Shown one piece after another: positions 19,069 through 30,021 of a stretch of 64,000 nucleotides of DNA; the first letter of the stretch is position 1, and every line of letters begins with the position of its first letter. Origin of the DNA: Pseudomonadota bacterium (GTDB lineage: Bacteria > Pseudomonadota > Gammaproteobacteria > Burkholderiales > Burkholderiaceae_C); the NCBI GenBank assembly GCA_040384625.1, contig JAZKIW010000113.1, positions 591 to 64,590 on the forward strand, read 5' to 3'. A program made the position numbers and the translations under genes. The notes beneath the pieces are model-generated. The model worked only from the letters and a program-made list of their open reading frames with translations. It was not told the DNA's origin and ran no database searches.

Positions 19069-19525
19069 GGTGGTACTCCATTCAGCCGCGCTAATCCCTC
19101 ACGGGTGCCGGAGGTTGCCCTTGCCGGCCGGGCGCAGCAGGGCACCAGACCAATGTGCATACGCAAGCAGGTTTAGCGCGAGCGTTCTCGCGGGCAACGC
19201 CTGGGTGAACTGCCGACCCGAGGCAATTTTAGTGCAGTGCGATTAGGGGCAAACCCGGACTTCGGCTACAATGTGGCCACGGTTTCGATGACTACGTCGA
19301 AGCCGTTCGTTCATCCCCTCTGGCCTGGTGCACTTCGCCTTCTCGGCGTTTCGTGCGAGCCGCTCGAATTCGATGCGGACGTTGGTTGGCGGCGATGCCG
19401 TCGCTTGGACCCGTCCGTTGCAGGTGCTTTCCGGCACCCACGTTCAGCCTGTCGCGACTTGACCTGTAGCGCCGCCGCGTGCGGCGCTAGCGTGTGCTTG
19501 TGCGCGCGCTGAACCTGAAAGTGCT

Positions 19526-20923
19526 GTGATGTTTACCGAGAACCTGATTCAAGAAGACCAGAACGACGCTGCTCCGGCGCCCGCGAGTTCACTGCCGACG
19601 AACGGCTTTGCCGCCATCGCGCTGCATGACGCTTTGCACCGTGCCCTGGCCGATGCCGGCTACACCACGCCGACTGAAGTCCAGTCGCGGGCCATCACGC
19701 CGGCGCTGGCCGGCCGCGATCTGCGCGTGTCCTCGTCGACCGGCAGCGGCAAGACGGCCTCCTTCGTGCTGCCGGCCCTGCAGGGCGTGCTGGACGTGCG
19801 CGCCAGTGGTGCTCGGCGCGACAAGGGCGTCGTTTACGGCCCGCGCGTGCTGGTGCTGACACCGACCCGCGAATTGGCGATCCAGGTCGCCAAGGCGACC
19901 GACACGTATGGCCGTCACGTGCAGGGCCTGCGGGTGGCTACCGTTGTCGGTGGCGTGCCCTACGGCGCACAGCTGAAAGCCATGCGCGGCCCGCTGGACG
20001 TGCTGATCGCCACGCCGGGCCGCCTGATCGACCATGTGAAGAGCGGCAAGCTCGTGCTGGACAACGTTTCGATGCTGGTGCTCGATGAAGCCGACCGCAT
20101 GCTCGACATGGGGTTCATCGACGACATCCGCTTCATCGCCGAGTGCATTCCGAAGACGCGCCAGACCATGATGTACAGCGCCACGTTCGCTGGCACGGTG
20201 GGCCGCCTGGCAGCCGAACTGCTGAAGCCCGATGCGCAAACGATCGCCGTCGCTTCGCACACCGACACACACGAAAACATCGAGCAGCGCCTGCACTGGG
20301 CCGATGACGGCCGCCACAAGCAGGCCCTGCTGGATCACCTCCTGACGACCAAGGAAGTCGACCAGGCGCTGGTCTTCACCAGCACCCAGCGCGACGCCGA
20401 CTGGCTGGCGGATCGCCTGGCCGACATGGGCCATGCCGTGGCTTCGCTGCACGGCGGCCTGCCGCAAGGTCGGCGCAATCACGTGCTGCAGGGCCTGCGG
20501 TCGCGCAAGTTGCGGGTCCTGGTGGCCACCGACGTCGCCGCACGCGGCATCGACGTGCCGACGATCAGCCACGTTATCAACTTTGGATTGCCGATGAAGG
20601 CCGAGGACTATGTGCACCGCATCGGCCGTACCGGGCGCGCCGGCCGTCAGGGTCTGGCGGTGACGCTGGCCGAAGCGGGTGACGCCGGCATGATCCGCCG
20701 GATCCAGCAGTTCACGACGCAGAACATCCCGGTCGCCACGATCACGGGCCTAGAGCCGAAGAAGGCCGCCCCGCGTACCACGGGCGGTGGGGGCTTTCGC
20801 AGTGAAGGTGGTTTCGGCGGCGGCAAGCCCTTTGGCAAGCCGCGCTTCGGTGCGCCGAGCGGCGCGCGCAAGCCGGGCGGCAGCTTCAAGTCCAAGCGCA
20901 GCAGCTCGCCGTTTGCGCGTTGA
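19526..20923 (+). CDS. rhlE: DEAD-box ATP-dependent RNA helicase (RhlE-like)
   Basis: SSTGSGKT, LVLDEADRMLDMGF, SAT, HRIGRTGRAG, and a Gly/Arg/Lys-rich C-terminal tail. Confidence 0.85.
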   Translation: MMFTENLIQEDQNDAAPAPASSLPTNGFAAIALHDALHRALADAGYTTPTEVQSRAITPALAGRDLRVSSSTGSGKTASFVLPALQGVLDVRASGARRDKGVVYGPRVLVLTPTRELAIQVAKATDTYGRHVQGLRVATVVGGVPYGAQLKAMRGPLDVLIATPGRLIDHVKSGKLVLDNVSMLVLDEADRMLDMGFIDDIRFIAECIPKTRQTMMYSATFAGTVGRLAAELLKPDAQTIAVASHTDTHENIEQRLHWADDGRHKQALLDHLLTTKEVDQALVFTSTQRDADWLADRLADMGHAVASLHGGLPQGRRNHVLQGLRSRKLRVLVATDVAARGIDVPTISHVINFGLPMKAEDYVHRIGRTGRAGRQGLAVTLAEAGDAGMIRRIQQFTTQNIPVATITGLEPKKAAPRTTGGGGFRSEGGFGGGKPFGKPRFGAPSGARKPGGSFKSKRSSSPFAR

Positions 20924-21016
20924 CACCCGCCGCCCCCTTGCCGCGTGCCGATAATGGCAGGCGTGTAAGGGGCAGGGTGGTGATGGCGACCACTGCTCCT
21001 ACCCAAGGAGCAGATC

Positions 21017-21550
21017 ATGGCAAGCGAATTCATCACCCTCGGCGGCGGCTGTTTCTGGTGCACCGAGGCGGTGTACGAGCAGGTCGAGGGCGTCACGGCT
21101 GTGGAGTCCGGCTACAGCAACGGGCATGCGCTGAACCCGAGCTACGAGCAGGTCTGTGGCGGTGACACCGGGCACAACGAGGTCGTGCGCGTCAGCTTCG
21201 ACAGCCAACGCATCTCGCTGCGCGAGGTGCTCGAGATCTTCTTTCATGTGCACGACCCGACGACGCTGAACCGCCAAGGCAACGACGTTGGTACGCAGTA
21301 CCGCTCGGGCATCTACTTCAATGACGCCGGCCAGGAAGCCGTGGCGCGTGAGGTACTGGCCGAAGCCAACGCCGCGAACAAGGGCCGCGTGGTGACAGAA
21401 GTCAAGCCCCTCAGCAACTACTCGCGTGCCGAGGACTACCACCAGCACTACTTCGGAAACCACCCTGGCCAGGGCTATTGCGCCTTCGTCGTCGCACCCA
21501 AGGTCGAGAAGTTCAGGCGCACCTTCGCTGCGCGACTGAAGAAGGCGTAG
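21017..21550 (+). CDS. msrA: Peptide-methionine (S)-S-oxide reductase
   Basis: GGGCFWCTEAVY active-site motif; GNDVGTQYRSGIY. Confidence 0.95.
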   Translation: MASEFITLGGGCFWCTEAVYEQVEGVTAVESGYSNGHALNPSYEQVCGGDTGHNEVVRVSFDSQRISLREVLEIFFHVHDPTTLNRQGNDVGTQYRSGIYFNDAGQEAVAREVLAEANAANKGRVVTEVKPLSNYSRAEDYHQHYFGNHPGQGYCAFVVAPKVEKFRRTFAARLKKA

Positions 21551-21569
21551 GCGGCGCGCACTGCGCGCT

Positions 21570-22232
21570 TCAAGGCGCGAGGCGTTCGCGCAGCCAGGCG
21601 CCCTGGGCGCCGCCTTCGGCAGGGCGGTAACACAGGCGATCGTGAAGGCGACTCCTGCGGCCCTGCCAGAACTCCCAACGGTCGGGCGCTAGCCGAAAGC
21701 CTCCCCAGTGCGGTGGCCGGGGCGGGTGCAGCGCGTACTTGGCGGCGAACTTGGCCGCATTCGCCACCAGCACCGCACGGGAACCGATCACTTCACTCTG
21801 TGGCGAAGCCCAGGCGCCGATGCGTGAGTCGAGTGGTCGCGTCGCGTAGTAGGCGTCGCTTTCGGCGTCGGTGACTCGGTCGACACGGCCTTCGATGCGC
21901 ACCACGCGTTCGAGTTCGACCCAGTGAAACTGCAGGGCTGCAAAGGGCGTGGCGGCGAGCTCGCGGCCCTTGCGGCTCTGGTAGTTCGTGTACCAGACGA
22001 GGCCGCGAGCGTCGCAGCCCTTGATCAGCACCACCCGAGTCGATGGCCGGCCATCGGGGCCGACGGTGGCCAGGGTCATCGCGTTCGGCTCGGGCAATCC
22101 TCCCGCGATCGCCTCGCCGAGCCAGCGCTCGAACTGCTGCAGAGGATCGGCGTGCGACGCGGCCTCGTCGAGTTCGGCACGTTCGTAGCTCTTGCGCAGC
22201 GCAGCGATGTCCTTGCTGGGAGATCGGTCCAT
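21570..22232 (-). CDS. pdxH: Pyridoxamine 5'-phosphate oxidase
   Basis: [24 protein letters not shown]; C-terminal RLHDRLCYR. Confidence 0.9.
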   Translation of the reverse strand: MDRSPSKDIAALRKSYERAELDEAASHADPLQQFERWLGEAIAGGLPEPNAMTLATVGPDGRPSTRVVLIKGCDARGLVWYTNYQSRKGRELAATPFAALQFHWVELERVVRIEGRVDRVTDAESDAYYATRPLDSRIGAWASPQSEVIGSRAVLVANAAKFAAKYALHPPRPPHWGGFRLAPDRWEFWQGRRSRLHDRLCYRPAEGGAQGAWLRERLAP

Positions 22233-22339
22233 GCGGCAAGCATAAGCGCCACCGTCGCATCCCCACTACTGCTTACGTGGAAGGCCTTAGGTGATGGCCC
22301 CAGTTACGGGCGATGCGTCGGAGGCCGATTCTTCACTCA

Positions 22340-22972
22340 ATGAATGCGCCCGCCACCGTGATCGTTCTGGCCGCCGGCCAGGCCAGCCGCTTCGTGGGCG
22401 TGGGTCACAAGCTGGCTCAGGCGCTGGATGGCAATGACGACAGCGGCAGGGTGCTCAGCGTGACACTGCGCAATGCGATTGCCAGCGGCCTGCCCGTGCT
22501 GGTGGTGACCAGTGCCGCGTTGGCCCCCCTGGTTCACCAGCAAGTGGCAGCGCGCGACGTCGTGGTCATGCCGCCCTCGCGCAACGGTGGCATGGGCGAC
22601 TCGATTTCCGCGGCTGTGTCGGCCCGGGCCGACGCGTCCGGATGGCTGCTGCTGCCGGCCGACATGCCGCGCGTGCGCTCAACGACCCTGCAGCAAGTGG
22701 CGTTGGCACTTCAGACGCATGCCGTTGCCTATGCCCAGCACCGGGGCCTGCGCGGGCATCCGGTCGGCTTCTCGTCGGAGCTGTTTTCCGAGCTGGTCGC
22801 GCTCACCGGAGACGAAGGGGCGCGCCGCCTGGTGGCGCGTTATCCGGCACAAGCGATCGAGGTCGACGACCCGGGGGTCCTGGTCGACATCGATACCGTG
22901 CAGGATCTCGCCGCCCTGCGCGCGGTAAAGGGCGGCAGCGCCCTGCCCACTGCGCCACAGCAGCGTCTCTGA
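22340..22972 (+). CDS. MobA/MocA-like nucleotidyltransferase
   Basis: Start at M10 of the track ORF. VIVLAAGQASRF nucleotide-binding motif and LLLPADMP. Confidence 0.7.
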   Translation: MNAPATVIVLAAGQASRFVGVGHKLAQALDGNDDSGRVLSVTLRNAIASGLPVLVVTSAALAPLVHQQVAARDVVVMPPSRNGGMGDSISAAVSARADASGWLLLPADMPRVRSTTLQQVALALQTHAVAYAQHRGLRGHPVGFSSELFSELVALTGDEGARRLVARYPAQAIEVDDPGVLVDIDTVQDLAALRAVKGGSALPTAPQQRL

Positions 22973-22985
22973 TTCACGCCACGCC

Positions 22986-23603
22986 TCAGACTAGCCGGTG
23001 CTGGCGAGCCAAGGCGACCAGGCGCTCGATTTCGCGATCGCGCACGCCGCGGTCCTTCAGCGCGCGCGCCGTTTCGAGCAGGTATTCGAGGGTGCTGCCA
23101 TAGCGGCCGCTGGCGTGTCGCAGGATGTCGAGCAGCTGCGCGTCGGGCAGGGTCCCGGTGTGCTGCGGACTGCGCCGCGACAAGGTGAACGCCAGCGCCT
23201 GCACCGGGCCGTGCGCGGTGCGGCAGACCAGCCAGCGCGGGTCGTAGACGCCGGTGGGCATCTCGCGTCGCCACAAGCGTTCGAGTTCCTCTGCCACCTG
23301 CCCGTGCGGGATGCGGTAGACAGCACCATGGCACGAGCCGCCCGGCAGCAAGGCGAAGACCAGGCCGGGCCGTTCCGGCGTGCCGCGATTGATGCGCGAG
23401 GCCATGCGCAACGCGCGGTGCCAGCCGTGCACCTGTGCGGGCCGGTGCTCCTGGAAGTCGAACTCCGGGCGCCACAGCAGCGAGGCATAGCCGAACACCC
23501 ACAGATCACTGCGACCACCCCATTCGCGGCGCGCCCGCGCCAGCAGCGCCTGCGGGTCACGCAGCGGCGGCACGCGATTCGTGTCGTCAGGGACGGGGTC
23601 CAT
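22986..23603 (-). CDS. chaC: ChaC family gamma-glutamylcyclotransferase
   Basis: C-terminal 205 aa of the 628-aa track ORF, from MDPVPDD. LWVFGYASLLWRP motif. Confidence 0.8.
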   Translation of the reverse strand: MDPVPDDTNRVPPLRDPQALLARARREWGGRSDLWVFGYASLLWRPEFDFQEHRPAQVHGWHRALRMASRINRGTPERPGLVFALLPGGSCHGAVYRIPHGQVAEELERLWRREMPTGVYDPRWLVCRTAHGPVQALAFTLSRRSPQHTGTLPDAQLLDILRHASGRYGSTLEYLLETARALKDRGVRDREIERLVALARQHRLV

Positions 23604-23702
23604 GCAGTGCGATGATGACATTGGCGGACGTTGACGATGTAACCGGATTACGTGAAAATTGAAGCCATGGTTACATCGCTCACCTGATGCCAGGCCATCG
23701 CC

Positions 23703-25529
23703 ATGGACAGCGCCGTCATCGCCGTCACTGAGCGCATCCGCGAGCGCAGTGCGACCTCGCGCCGCACTTACCTGGAACAGCTGGGTGCCATGGCGGCTCG
23801 GCCGCGCGGCAGCGACCGCATGGGTTGCGCCAACGTGGCCCACGCGGTGGCCGCGCTGTCGGCGAACGACAAGCTGAAGATCGTCGCCGAGCGCGCGCCA
23901 CACATCGGCATCGTCAGTTCGTACAACGACATGCTGTCGGCGCATCAGCCCTATGAAGCCTTTCCGGCGCTGATTCGCGACGAGGCGCAGCGGCACGGCG
24001 CTACCGTGCAGGTGGCCGGTGGCGTACCGGCCATGTGCGACGGCGTCACGCAGGGCCTGCCCGGCATGGAGCTGAGCCTCTTCTCGCGCGACAACATCGC
24101 CATGGGCACCGCGATCGCACTGACCCACGACGTGTTCGACGCTGCGCTCCTGCTCGGCGTGTGCGACAAGATCGTGCCCGGCCTGTTGATCGGTGCACTG
24201 CACTTCGGCCATCTGCCCTGTGTGTTCGTGCCCGCCGGGCCGATGAGTTCGGGGCTGTCGAACACGGCCAAGTCGAAAGTCCGCGAGCAGCACGCGCAAG
24301 GACTCGTCGGCCGTGACCAGTTGCTCGAGGCCGAGAGCGCGGCCTATCACGGCGCCGGGACCTGCACCTTCTACGGCACGGCCAACAGCAATCAGATGTT
24401 GCTCGAAGCGATGGGCCTGCATGTGCCGGGCGCGGCCTTCGTGCACCCGCACGCCACACTGCGCGAGGCGCTGACGCGCGAAGCGGTGCGCAGCGTGCTC
24501 GACATCACCCTGGCCAAGCACTACACCCCGATCGGCCGCCTGGTCGACGAACGCTGCATCGTCAACGCGATGGTCGCGCTGCTGGCGACCGGCGGCTCGA
24601 CCAACCACCTTATCCACTGGGTCGCCGTCGCGCGCTCGGCCGGCCTGCTGATCGACTGGACCGACTTCGCCGACCTGTCGGCCGCGGTGCCTCTGCTGGC
24701 GCGCGTCTACCCGAATGGCAACGCCGACGTGAACCAGTTCCAGGCAGCCGGCGGGCCAGGCTACGTGCTGCGCGAGTTGCTCGATGCGGGGTTCATGCAC
24801 GCCGATGTTGCGACCGTCGACCGCCGCGGCCTGCGTGCGTACTGCGACGAGCCGACGCTCGGCCCTGGGCAAGGTGGCGGGCCGAACCTGGTCTGGCGCG
24901 CCTGGCCGCAGGCCAGCGGAGACGACAGCATCGTGCGTCCCGCCGCGAGGCCCTTCTCCGGGAGCGGCGGCCTGCGCCTACTGCAAGGCAACCTGGGCCG
25001 TGCGGTGATCAAGACCAGTGCGGTGCCCGAGGACCGCTGGGTCATCGAAGCCCCTGCGCTCGTCTTTGACAGCCAGGAGGCCCTGCACGCTGCCTTCAGG
25101 GCCGGCGACATGGAGCGCGATCTGGTGGCGGTCGTGCGCTTCCAAGGTCCGCGCGCCAACGGCATGCCGGAACTCCACAAGCTCACTCCGCCGCTGGCCG
25201 TTTTGCAAGGCCGGGGCTTCAAGGTCGCCCTGGTCACCGACGGGCGCATGAGCGGCGCCTCGGGCAAGGTGCCGGCGGCCATCCACCTCAGCCCGGAAGC
25301 GCTGGCGGGAGGCGCCTTGGCGAAGGTCGTCGACGGCGACGTCATCCGGCTGGACGCTGTCGCCGGCACGCTCGATGCCCTGGTCGATGAAGCGACGTGG
25401 GCCGCGCGCAGCACCGCCCCGATCAATCCGGCCAGTGCCGAGCAGAACGCCCATGGCCTGGGGCGCGAGCTGTTCAGCGGCATGCGCAAGAATGTCTCCG
25501 GCGCCGAGCAGGGCGCGTGCACTTGGTAG
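23703..25529 (+). CDS. edd: Phosphogluconate dehydratase (Entner-Doudoroff)
   Basis: 608 aa, IlvD/Edd family, [11 protein letters not shown], directly followed by eda. Confidence 0.9.
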   Translation: MDSAVIAVTERIRERSATSRRTYLEQLGAMAARPRGSDRMGCANVAHAVAALSANDKLKIVAERAPHIGIVSSYNDMLSAHQPYEAFPALIRDEAQRHGATVQVAGGVPAMCDGVTQGLPGMELSLFSRDNIAMGTAIALTHDVFDAALLLGVCDKIVPGLLIGALHFGHLPCVFVPAGPMSSGLSNTAKSKVREQHAQGLVGRDQLLEAESAAYHGAGTCTFYGTANSNQMLLEAMGLHVPGAAFVHPHATLREALTREAVRSVLDITLAKHYTPIGRLVDERCIVNAMVALLATGGSTNHLIHWVAVARSAGLLIDWTDFADLSAAVPLLARVYPNGNADVNQFQAAGGPGYVLRELLDAGFMHADVATVDRRGLRAYCDEPTLGPGQGGGPNLVWRAWPQASGDDSIVRPAARPFSGSGGLRLLQGNLGRAVIKTSAVPEDRWVIEAPALVFDSQEALHAAFRAGDMERDLVAVVRFQGPRANGMPELHKLTPPLAVLQGRGFKVALVTDGRMSGASGKVPAAIHLSPEALAGGALAKVVDGDVIRLDAVAGTLDALVDEATWAARSTAPINPASAEQNAHGLGRELFSGMRKNVSGAEQGACTW

Positions 25530-25543
25530 CGAAGGGCGCCCAC

Positions 25544-26170
25544 GTGATCAAGAACAGCGTCGAATTGGTGGCCTTCGGCCCGGTCATTCCGGTCATCGTC
25601 CTGCAGCGGCTCGAGCACGCCGTGCCGATGGCACGGGCCCTCGTCAACGGGGGCGTGCGCGTGCTCGAAGTGACACTGCGCACCCCCGCGGCGCTGGACT
25701 GCATGCGCGCCATCGCGCGCGAGGTCACCGAGGCGATCGTCGGCGCCGGCACCTTGCGCAGTGCAGCCGACGTGCTGGCGGCGCGTGATGCCGGTTGCCA
25801 GTTCGGTGTCAGCCCGGGTTACAGCGTCGAGATCGCTGCGGCTTGCCGCGAGGCGCAATTGCCGCTGCTGCCTGGCGTGGCGACGGCCAGCGAGGTGATG
25901 GCGGCCAACGCCGGTGGCCTGACATTCCTGAAGTTCTTTCCGGCAAGTGCAGCGGGTGGCGTGTCGATGCTGAAAGCGCTTGCCGGGCCGTTCCCCGACA
26001 TCGTGTTCTGCCCCACCGGCGGCATCACAGTCGAGACGGCGCCGCAGTTCCTCTCGCTGGCCAACGTCAAGGTCTGCGGCGGCTCGTGGCTGACGCCGGC
26101 AGACGCGCTGGACAACGGTGATTGGGCGCGCATCACGCGGCTCGCGCGCGCGGCCAGCGCGCTGCGCTGA
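25544..26170 (+). CDS. eda: KDPG / KHG aldolase
   Basis: GTG at residue 50 of the track [31 protein letters not shown]. Confidence 0.9.
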   Translation: MIKNSVELVAFGPVIPVIVLQRLEHAVPMARALVNGGVRVLEVTLRTPAALDCMRAIAREVTEAIVGAGTLRSAADVLAARDAGCQFGVSPGYSVEIAAACREAQLPLLPGVATASEVMAANAGGLTFLKFFPASAAGGVSMLKALAGPFPDIVFCPTGGITVETAPQFLSLANVKVCGGSWLTPADALDNGDWARITRLARAASALR

Positions 26171-26171
26171 G

Positions 26172-26804
26172 TCAGTCCGATGCGCTCCTGATCAGTGCCG
26201 CCATCTGGGCGGCATCGTCACCGACTTCGTTGCCGAGGCCGGCGGCGACGCCCAGCCGGTCGGCCTCGCTGCGGTTCTGGGTGACCTTCCACTTGCCGAC
26301 CAGGGAAGTCAGCGGGATCTCGATACCGACGATCGCCCTCAACATTTGCTGCACGTAGTCTTCCGGCGCGTCGCTGACCTGCCAGGGGTGAGCGCGCGGC
26401 TCCTCGTGACGGCGCGTCAGGTCACTGACCAGCCTGTGCAGCCAGTCTGCATCCTCGATCGCGCGCAGAGGCCCCTGCGCATGCACGACGGCGTAATTCC
26501 AGGTTGGCACCACCTTGGCGTTGGTGGACTTAGCGGCGTACCAGGACGGCGTGATGTAGGCCTGCGGTCCGCTGAACACCGCCAGCACCGCGCTGCCGGC
26601 AGCCGCGCGCCACAACGGATTGGCACGCGCGACGTGGCCGCGAAGCAGCCCGTGTTCGCCTTGGCTGGGGTCGTACATCAGCGGAATGTGGTCGGCGCTG
26701 AAGCCATCGTCCGTGCGAGACACCAGCGTGGCCAGGGGATGTGCCGCCATCAGCCTGGCAAGCTGTTCGCGGTCGGGCTGTGCGAAGTGCTTGGGCAGGT
26801 ACAT
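26172..26804 (-). CDS. paiB: FMN-binding negative transcriptional regulator (PaiB family)
   Basis: [11 protein letters not shown]..., [24 protein letters not shown]. Confidence 0.85.
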   Translation of the reverse strand: MYLPKHFAQPDREQLARLMAAHPLATLVSRTDDGFSADHIPLMYDPSQGEHGLLRGHVARANPLWRAAAGSAVLAVFSGPQAYITPSWYAAKSTNAKVVPTWNYAVVHAQGPLRAIEDADWLHRLVSDLTRRHEEPRAHPWQVSDAPEDYVQQMLRAIVGIEIPLTSLVGKWKVTQNRSEADRLGVAAGLGNEVGDDAAQMAALIRSASD

Positions 26805-26807
26805 CGC

Positions 26808-27239
26808 TCACCAGGCGCCGGTGTTGGGCATCGATTTCCAGGGCTCGGCCGGCGCCTTCGCTTCGCCGGCCTGCAGCAGCTCGACCGAGATGTTGTCGGG
26901 CGAGCGCACGAAGGCCATGCGGCCATCACGCGGTGGGCGGTTGATGGTCACCCCGTGATCCATCAGGCGCTGGCAGGTGACGTAGATGTCGTCCACCGCG
27001 TACGCCAGGTGACCGAAGTTTCGGCCACCGGTGTAGACCTCGCCGGTGCCGTCACTCGGCCAGTTGTAGGTCAGCTCAACCTGCGCCGAAGGGTCGCCTG
27101 GTGCGGCCAGGAAGACCAGGGTGTAGCGGCCCGCCTCGTTGTCGCGCCGCGACAGCATCTCCAGGCCGAGGGCGTCGCGATAGAAGCGCAGCGACTGTTC
27201 GATGTCCGTCACGCGGACCATGGTGTGCAGGTATTTCAT
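26808..27239 (-). CDS. gloA: Lactoylglutathione lyase (glyoxalase I)
   Basis: HTMVRVTDIEQSLRFY..., ELTYNW, FGHLAYAVDDIY, VOC fold. Confidence 0.85.
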   Translation of the reverse strand: MKYLHTMVRVTDIEQSLRFYRDALGLEMLSRRDNEAGRYTLVFLAAPGDPSAQVELTYNWPSDGTGEVYTGGRNFGHLAYAVDDIYVTCQRLMDHGVTINRPPRDGRMAFVRSPDNISVELLQAGEAKAPAEPWKSMPNTGAW

Positions 27240-27243
27240 GGCC

Positions 27244-27789
27244 TCATTGTCGCGGAAGGTCGAAGATCAGGCAGGTGGTGGTGGCATGGGCGTAGAGCGT
27301 GCCGTCGGGTCCGACCAGTCGCGCCTGAGCCGTCGCCATCTGCCGGCCGCCGTGCAGCACTTCGCCCTCGGCGCGCACGCGCTGCACCTTGGGGCTGAGG
27401 GCGCGCACGAGGTTGATACTCAGCTCCGCCGTCGCGTAGCCGCGGCCGGGCGGCATCGTGGTGTGAACAGCGCAGCCGAGCGCCGAGTCGAGCAGGGTGG
27501 CGAACCACCCCCCATGCACCGTGCCCATCGGATTCAGGTGCGCCGGCCCCGGCGTGCCCTGGAACACGGCGCGACCCGGGCCGACTTCGATCAGCAGGTA
27601 GTCGAGCGTGCTGGCGATCGTTGCCGGCGGCAGGTCGCCGCTCAGGATGCCCTGCATCTGCGCCAGGCCAGCCATCGTGAGGATCCGATCGCGTGCGACC
27701 ACGCCCGGCTTGGCGCCGACTGCATGGCGAGCGCGTTGGGCGGTTTCGGCGACCAGCCAGGCGTCGAGTCGGGATTCAGGGCTCGTCAT
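27244..27789 (-). CDS. PaaI family thioesterase (hotdog fold)
   Basis: Start at M10 of the track ORF. NPMGTVHGGWFATLLDSALG. Confidence 0.8.
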   Translation of the reverse strand: MTSPESRLDAWLVAETAQRARHAVGAKPGVVARDRILTMAGLAQMQGILSGDLPPATIASTLDYLLIEVGPGRAVFQGTPGPAHLNPMGTVHGGWFATLLDSALGCAVHTTMPPGRGYATAELSINLVRALSPKVQRVRAEGEVLHGGRQMATAQARLVGPDGTLYAHATTTCLIFDLPRQ

Positions 27790-27804
27790 CGTCTCTCCAT
27801 TTAC

Positions 27805-27816
27805 TTGCATATACAA
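27805..27816. promoter_or_regulatory. Near-palindrome TTGCATATACAA (candidate MarR operator)
   Basis: 5 of 6 paired positions, in the 51-nt A/T-rich divergent region between the thioesterase and marR-like genes. Confidence 0.25.
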
Positions 27817-27840
27817 TTAGTTTAGGCCATCATCGGCAGC

Positions 27841-28305
27841 ATGACAACTGGACGCGAGACGGCTCCCCGCGGCTGCACCAACCTCAAGCTGCGCCAGGCC
27901 AGCCGCCTGATCACGCGCCACTACGAGGCCTATGTCGCACCTACCGGGCTGAAGAACACCCAGTACTCGCTGCTGTCGCATGTGGTCAAGCTCGGGCCGA
28001 TCCGCGCCGGCGACCTGGCCGCTGCGATGCAACTCGACGCCTCGACCCTGACGCGCAACCTGCAGCCCTTGCTGCAGCAAGGTTGGGTGCGCGTCAGCAC
28101 AGGCGAAGACGCACGCAGTCGCGACATCGAAGCCACCGAGAGTGGCCGCGCCCTGCGCCAGCATGCGCAGCGCGCCTGGAAGCAGGCGCAGTTGGCCCTG
28201 AATGCACGCCTGGGTGAGGCGCGGGTGGCGTCCCTGCACAGCCTGATTGACGAATGCGTGGCCCTGCTGGCCAAGACCGACGAGAGTGAGCACAACGATG
28301 AATGA
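27841..28305 (+). CDS. MarR family transcriptional regulator
   Basis: TQYSLLSHVVKLGPIRAGDLAAAMQLDASTLTRNLQPLLQQGWV winged-helix segment. Confidence 0.9.
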   Translation: MTTGRETAPRGCTNLKLRQASRLITRHYEAYVAPTGLKNTQYSLLSHVVKLGPIRAGDLAAAMQLDASTLTRNLQPLLQQGWVRVSTGEDARSRDIEATESGRALRQHAQRAWKQAQLALNARLGEARVASLHSLIDECVALLAKTDESEHNDE

Positions 28306-29569
28306 CGTCGCACCGACGCGCAGTGCGCTGCCTCCACTGGCCTGGGTGCTGATTGCTGCCGCCGGCACGTTCGCACTGACGATGGGCGCGCGCCAGTCGA
28401 TGGGCCTGTTCCTGGGCAACCTGAACACCAGCACTGGCCTCGGCCTGGCCAGCATCAGCCTGGCCTTCGCCTTCGGACAGCTCTGGTGGGGTCTGACGCA
28501 ACCACTGGCCGGCATCGTGGCCGACCGTGTCGGGCCCGGCCGCGTGCTCGTCGTGGGCGTTACGCTGGTAGCGATCGGCACGGCCCTGATCCCCTTGATG
28601 ACGACCACGCTGGGCCTGATCGTGGCCATCGGCGTGCTCGCAGCGGGCGGCGCCGGCATGGCTGGGCCCTCGGTGCTGATGGCCGCGACCACCCGGCTGG
28701 TGGCTCCCGAGCGGCGCGCATTCGCCACCGGCATCGTCAATGCCGGCGGCTCGTTCGGCCAGTTCGTCTTCGCCCCGATCGCGCAGGGCATCACCGCGGT
28801 GGCCGGTTGGGCCGCGGCCCTGCAGTCGTTGGCGCTGATCACGCTGCTGGCGTTGCCCGCGGCCTGGGTGTTGCGCGGCCGCGTCGCGCCTGAGGCAACC
28901 GGCGGCGCCGCAGTGGCGCCACGCGAAACCACCCGCGCTGCCGTCGCGCGCGCGCTGTCCGATCCGAGCTTTCGCCTGCTGTCGCTCGGCTTCTTCGTCT
29001 GCGGCTTCCACGTCGCGTTCCTGGCAACCCATCTGCCGGGTGTGGTGGCCAGCTGCGGTCTGCCACCCGAAGTGGGTGCATGGTCGATCGCCATGATCGG
29101 CCTGTTCAACATCATCGGCAGCCTGGGCATCGGCTGGCTGATGGGTTACCAGGGCGGGCGCTGGCAGATGAAGTCGCTGTTGTCGTTGATCTACGCCGTG
29201 CGCGGTGTGGCGGTGCTGGCCTTCGTGCTGGCGCCGAAGACGACGTCGGTGATGCTTGTCTTTGCAGCGGTGATGGGCCTGACTTTCCTGTCGACCGTGC
29301 CACCAACGGCCGGTCTGGTCGCGCGCTTCTTCGGCCCGGCCCACATGGCCACCTTGTTCGGCCTGGTGATGGTGTCGCACCAGGTCGGCGGTTTCCTGGG
29401 AGCTTGGCTCGGCGGCAAGGCCTTCGACCTCACCGGCAGCTACGACTGGATGTGGTACGCCGACATCGTGCTGGCCATCGGTGCGGCCCTCGTCCACCTG
29501 CCGATCGTCGAGCGCAGGCCGGCTCAGCCGGAGCGCGCCGTGGCGGCGCCCGGCTCGGCATCGCCGTAG
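28298..29569 (+). CDS. MFS transporter
   Basis: Start at M18 of the track ORF, overlapping the marR-like stop by 8 nt. About 12 hydrophobic segments. Confidence 0.85.
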   Translation: MNDVAPTRSALPPLAWVLIAAAGTFALTMGARQSMGLFLGNLNTSTGLGLASISLAFAFGQLWWGLTQPLAGIVADRVGPGRVLVVGVTLVAIGTALIPLMTTTLGLIVAIGVLAAGGAGMAGPSVLMAATTRLVAPERRAFATGIVNAGGSFGQFVFAPIAQGITAVAGWAAALQSLALITLLALPAAWVLRGRVAPEATGGAAVAPRETTRAAVARALSDPSFRLLSLGFFVCGFHVAFLATHLPGVVASCGLPPEVGAWSIAMIGLFNIIGSLGIGWLMGYQGGRWQMKSLLSLIYAVRGVAVLAFVLAPKTTSVMLVFAAVMGLTFLSTVPPTAGLVARFFGPAHMATLFGLVMVSHQVGGFLGAWLGGKAFDLTGSYDWMWYADIVLAIGAALVHLPIVERRPAQPERAVAAPGSASP

Positions 29570-30006
29570 GCGTCGCGCCAGCGCTGCGCCATGCGTGGGT
29601 TGGTGTCCAGGCGAGACTCGGGCAGGCCATCGGGGACATGCCAGTTGGCCACGCAGGACTCGATTGCCGTGTGTTCGATCGGTTTCAGCGCGGACGGCTC
29701 ATCGAGGCTGCCGACCGACAGATCCATCCTCTCGCTGTCGAGAAACTCGAACGACATTGGCGTGCCGCAGTGGCTGCAGAAGCCGCGCCGGGCGAACTTG
29801 GACGATGCGTAGTAGGCCGGCGCCGACAGCCATTGCACCTCGGTCTTGCGCAGGTTGAACCAGGTGGCGCGGGTGGTACCCATGCCGAGCTGGCACATGC
29901 GGCAATGGCAGTAGTAGCCTTCGCGGTGGTCCGGCGTGGCGCGGTAGCGGACGGCGCCGCACAGGCAGCCCCCTTCGAGCGGTGGCAGGGTGTTCGGTGC
30001 AGTCAT
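29524..30006 (-). CDS. GFA family (glutathione-dependent formaldehyde-activating-like) zinc protein
   Basis: GGCLCGAVRY, CHCRMCQ and FCSHCGTP cysteine motifs. Confidence 0.85.
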   Translation of the reverse strand: MTAPNTLPPLEGGCLCGAVRYRATPDHREGYYCHCRMCQLGMGTTRATWFNLRKTEVQWLSAPAYYASSKFARRGFCSHCGTPMSFEFLDSERMDLSVGSLDEPSALKPIEHTAIESCVANWHVPDGLPESRLDTNPRMAQRWRDAYGDAEPGAATARSG

Positions 30007-30021
30007 GGCACAAGCATAAAA

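Noticed and set aside
19237-19512. 91-aa ORF in the helicase upstream region
   Set aside because: No RBS, Cys/Arg-rich composition, and poor third-position bias. Treated as a non-coding leader.
22986-24872. 628-aa minus-strand ORF
   Set aside because: Only the C-terminal 205 aa (ChaC family) are convincing. Upstream it is antisense to the well-supported edd gene and has an R/A/G/H-rich composition.
27817-29497. Minus-strand ORFs 27817..29130 (437 aa) and 28094..29497 (467 aa)
   Set aside because: Both are antisense to the MarR and MFS genes, mutually overlapping, and Ala/Arg/Pro-rich without motifs.
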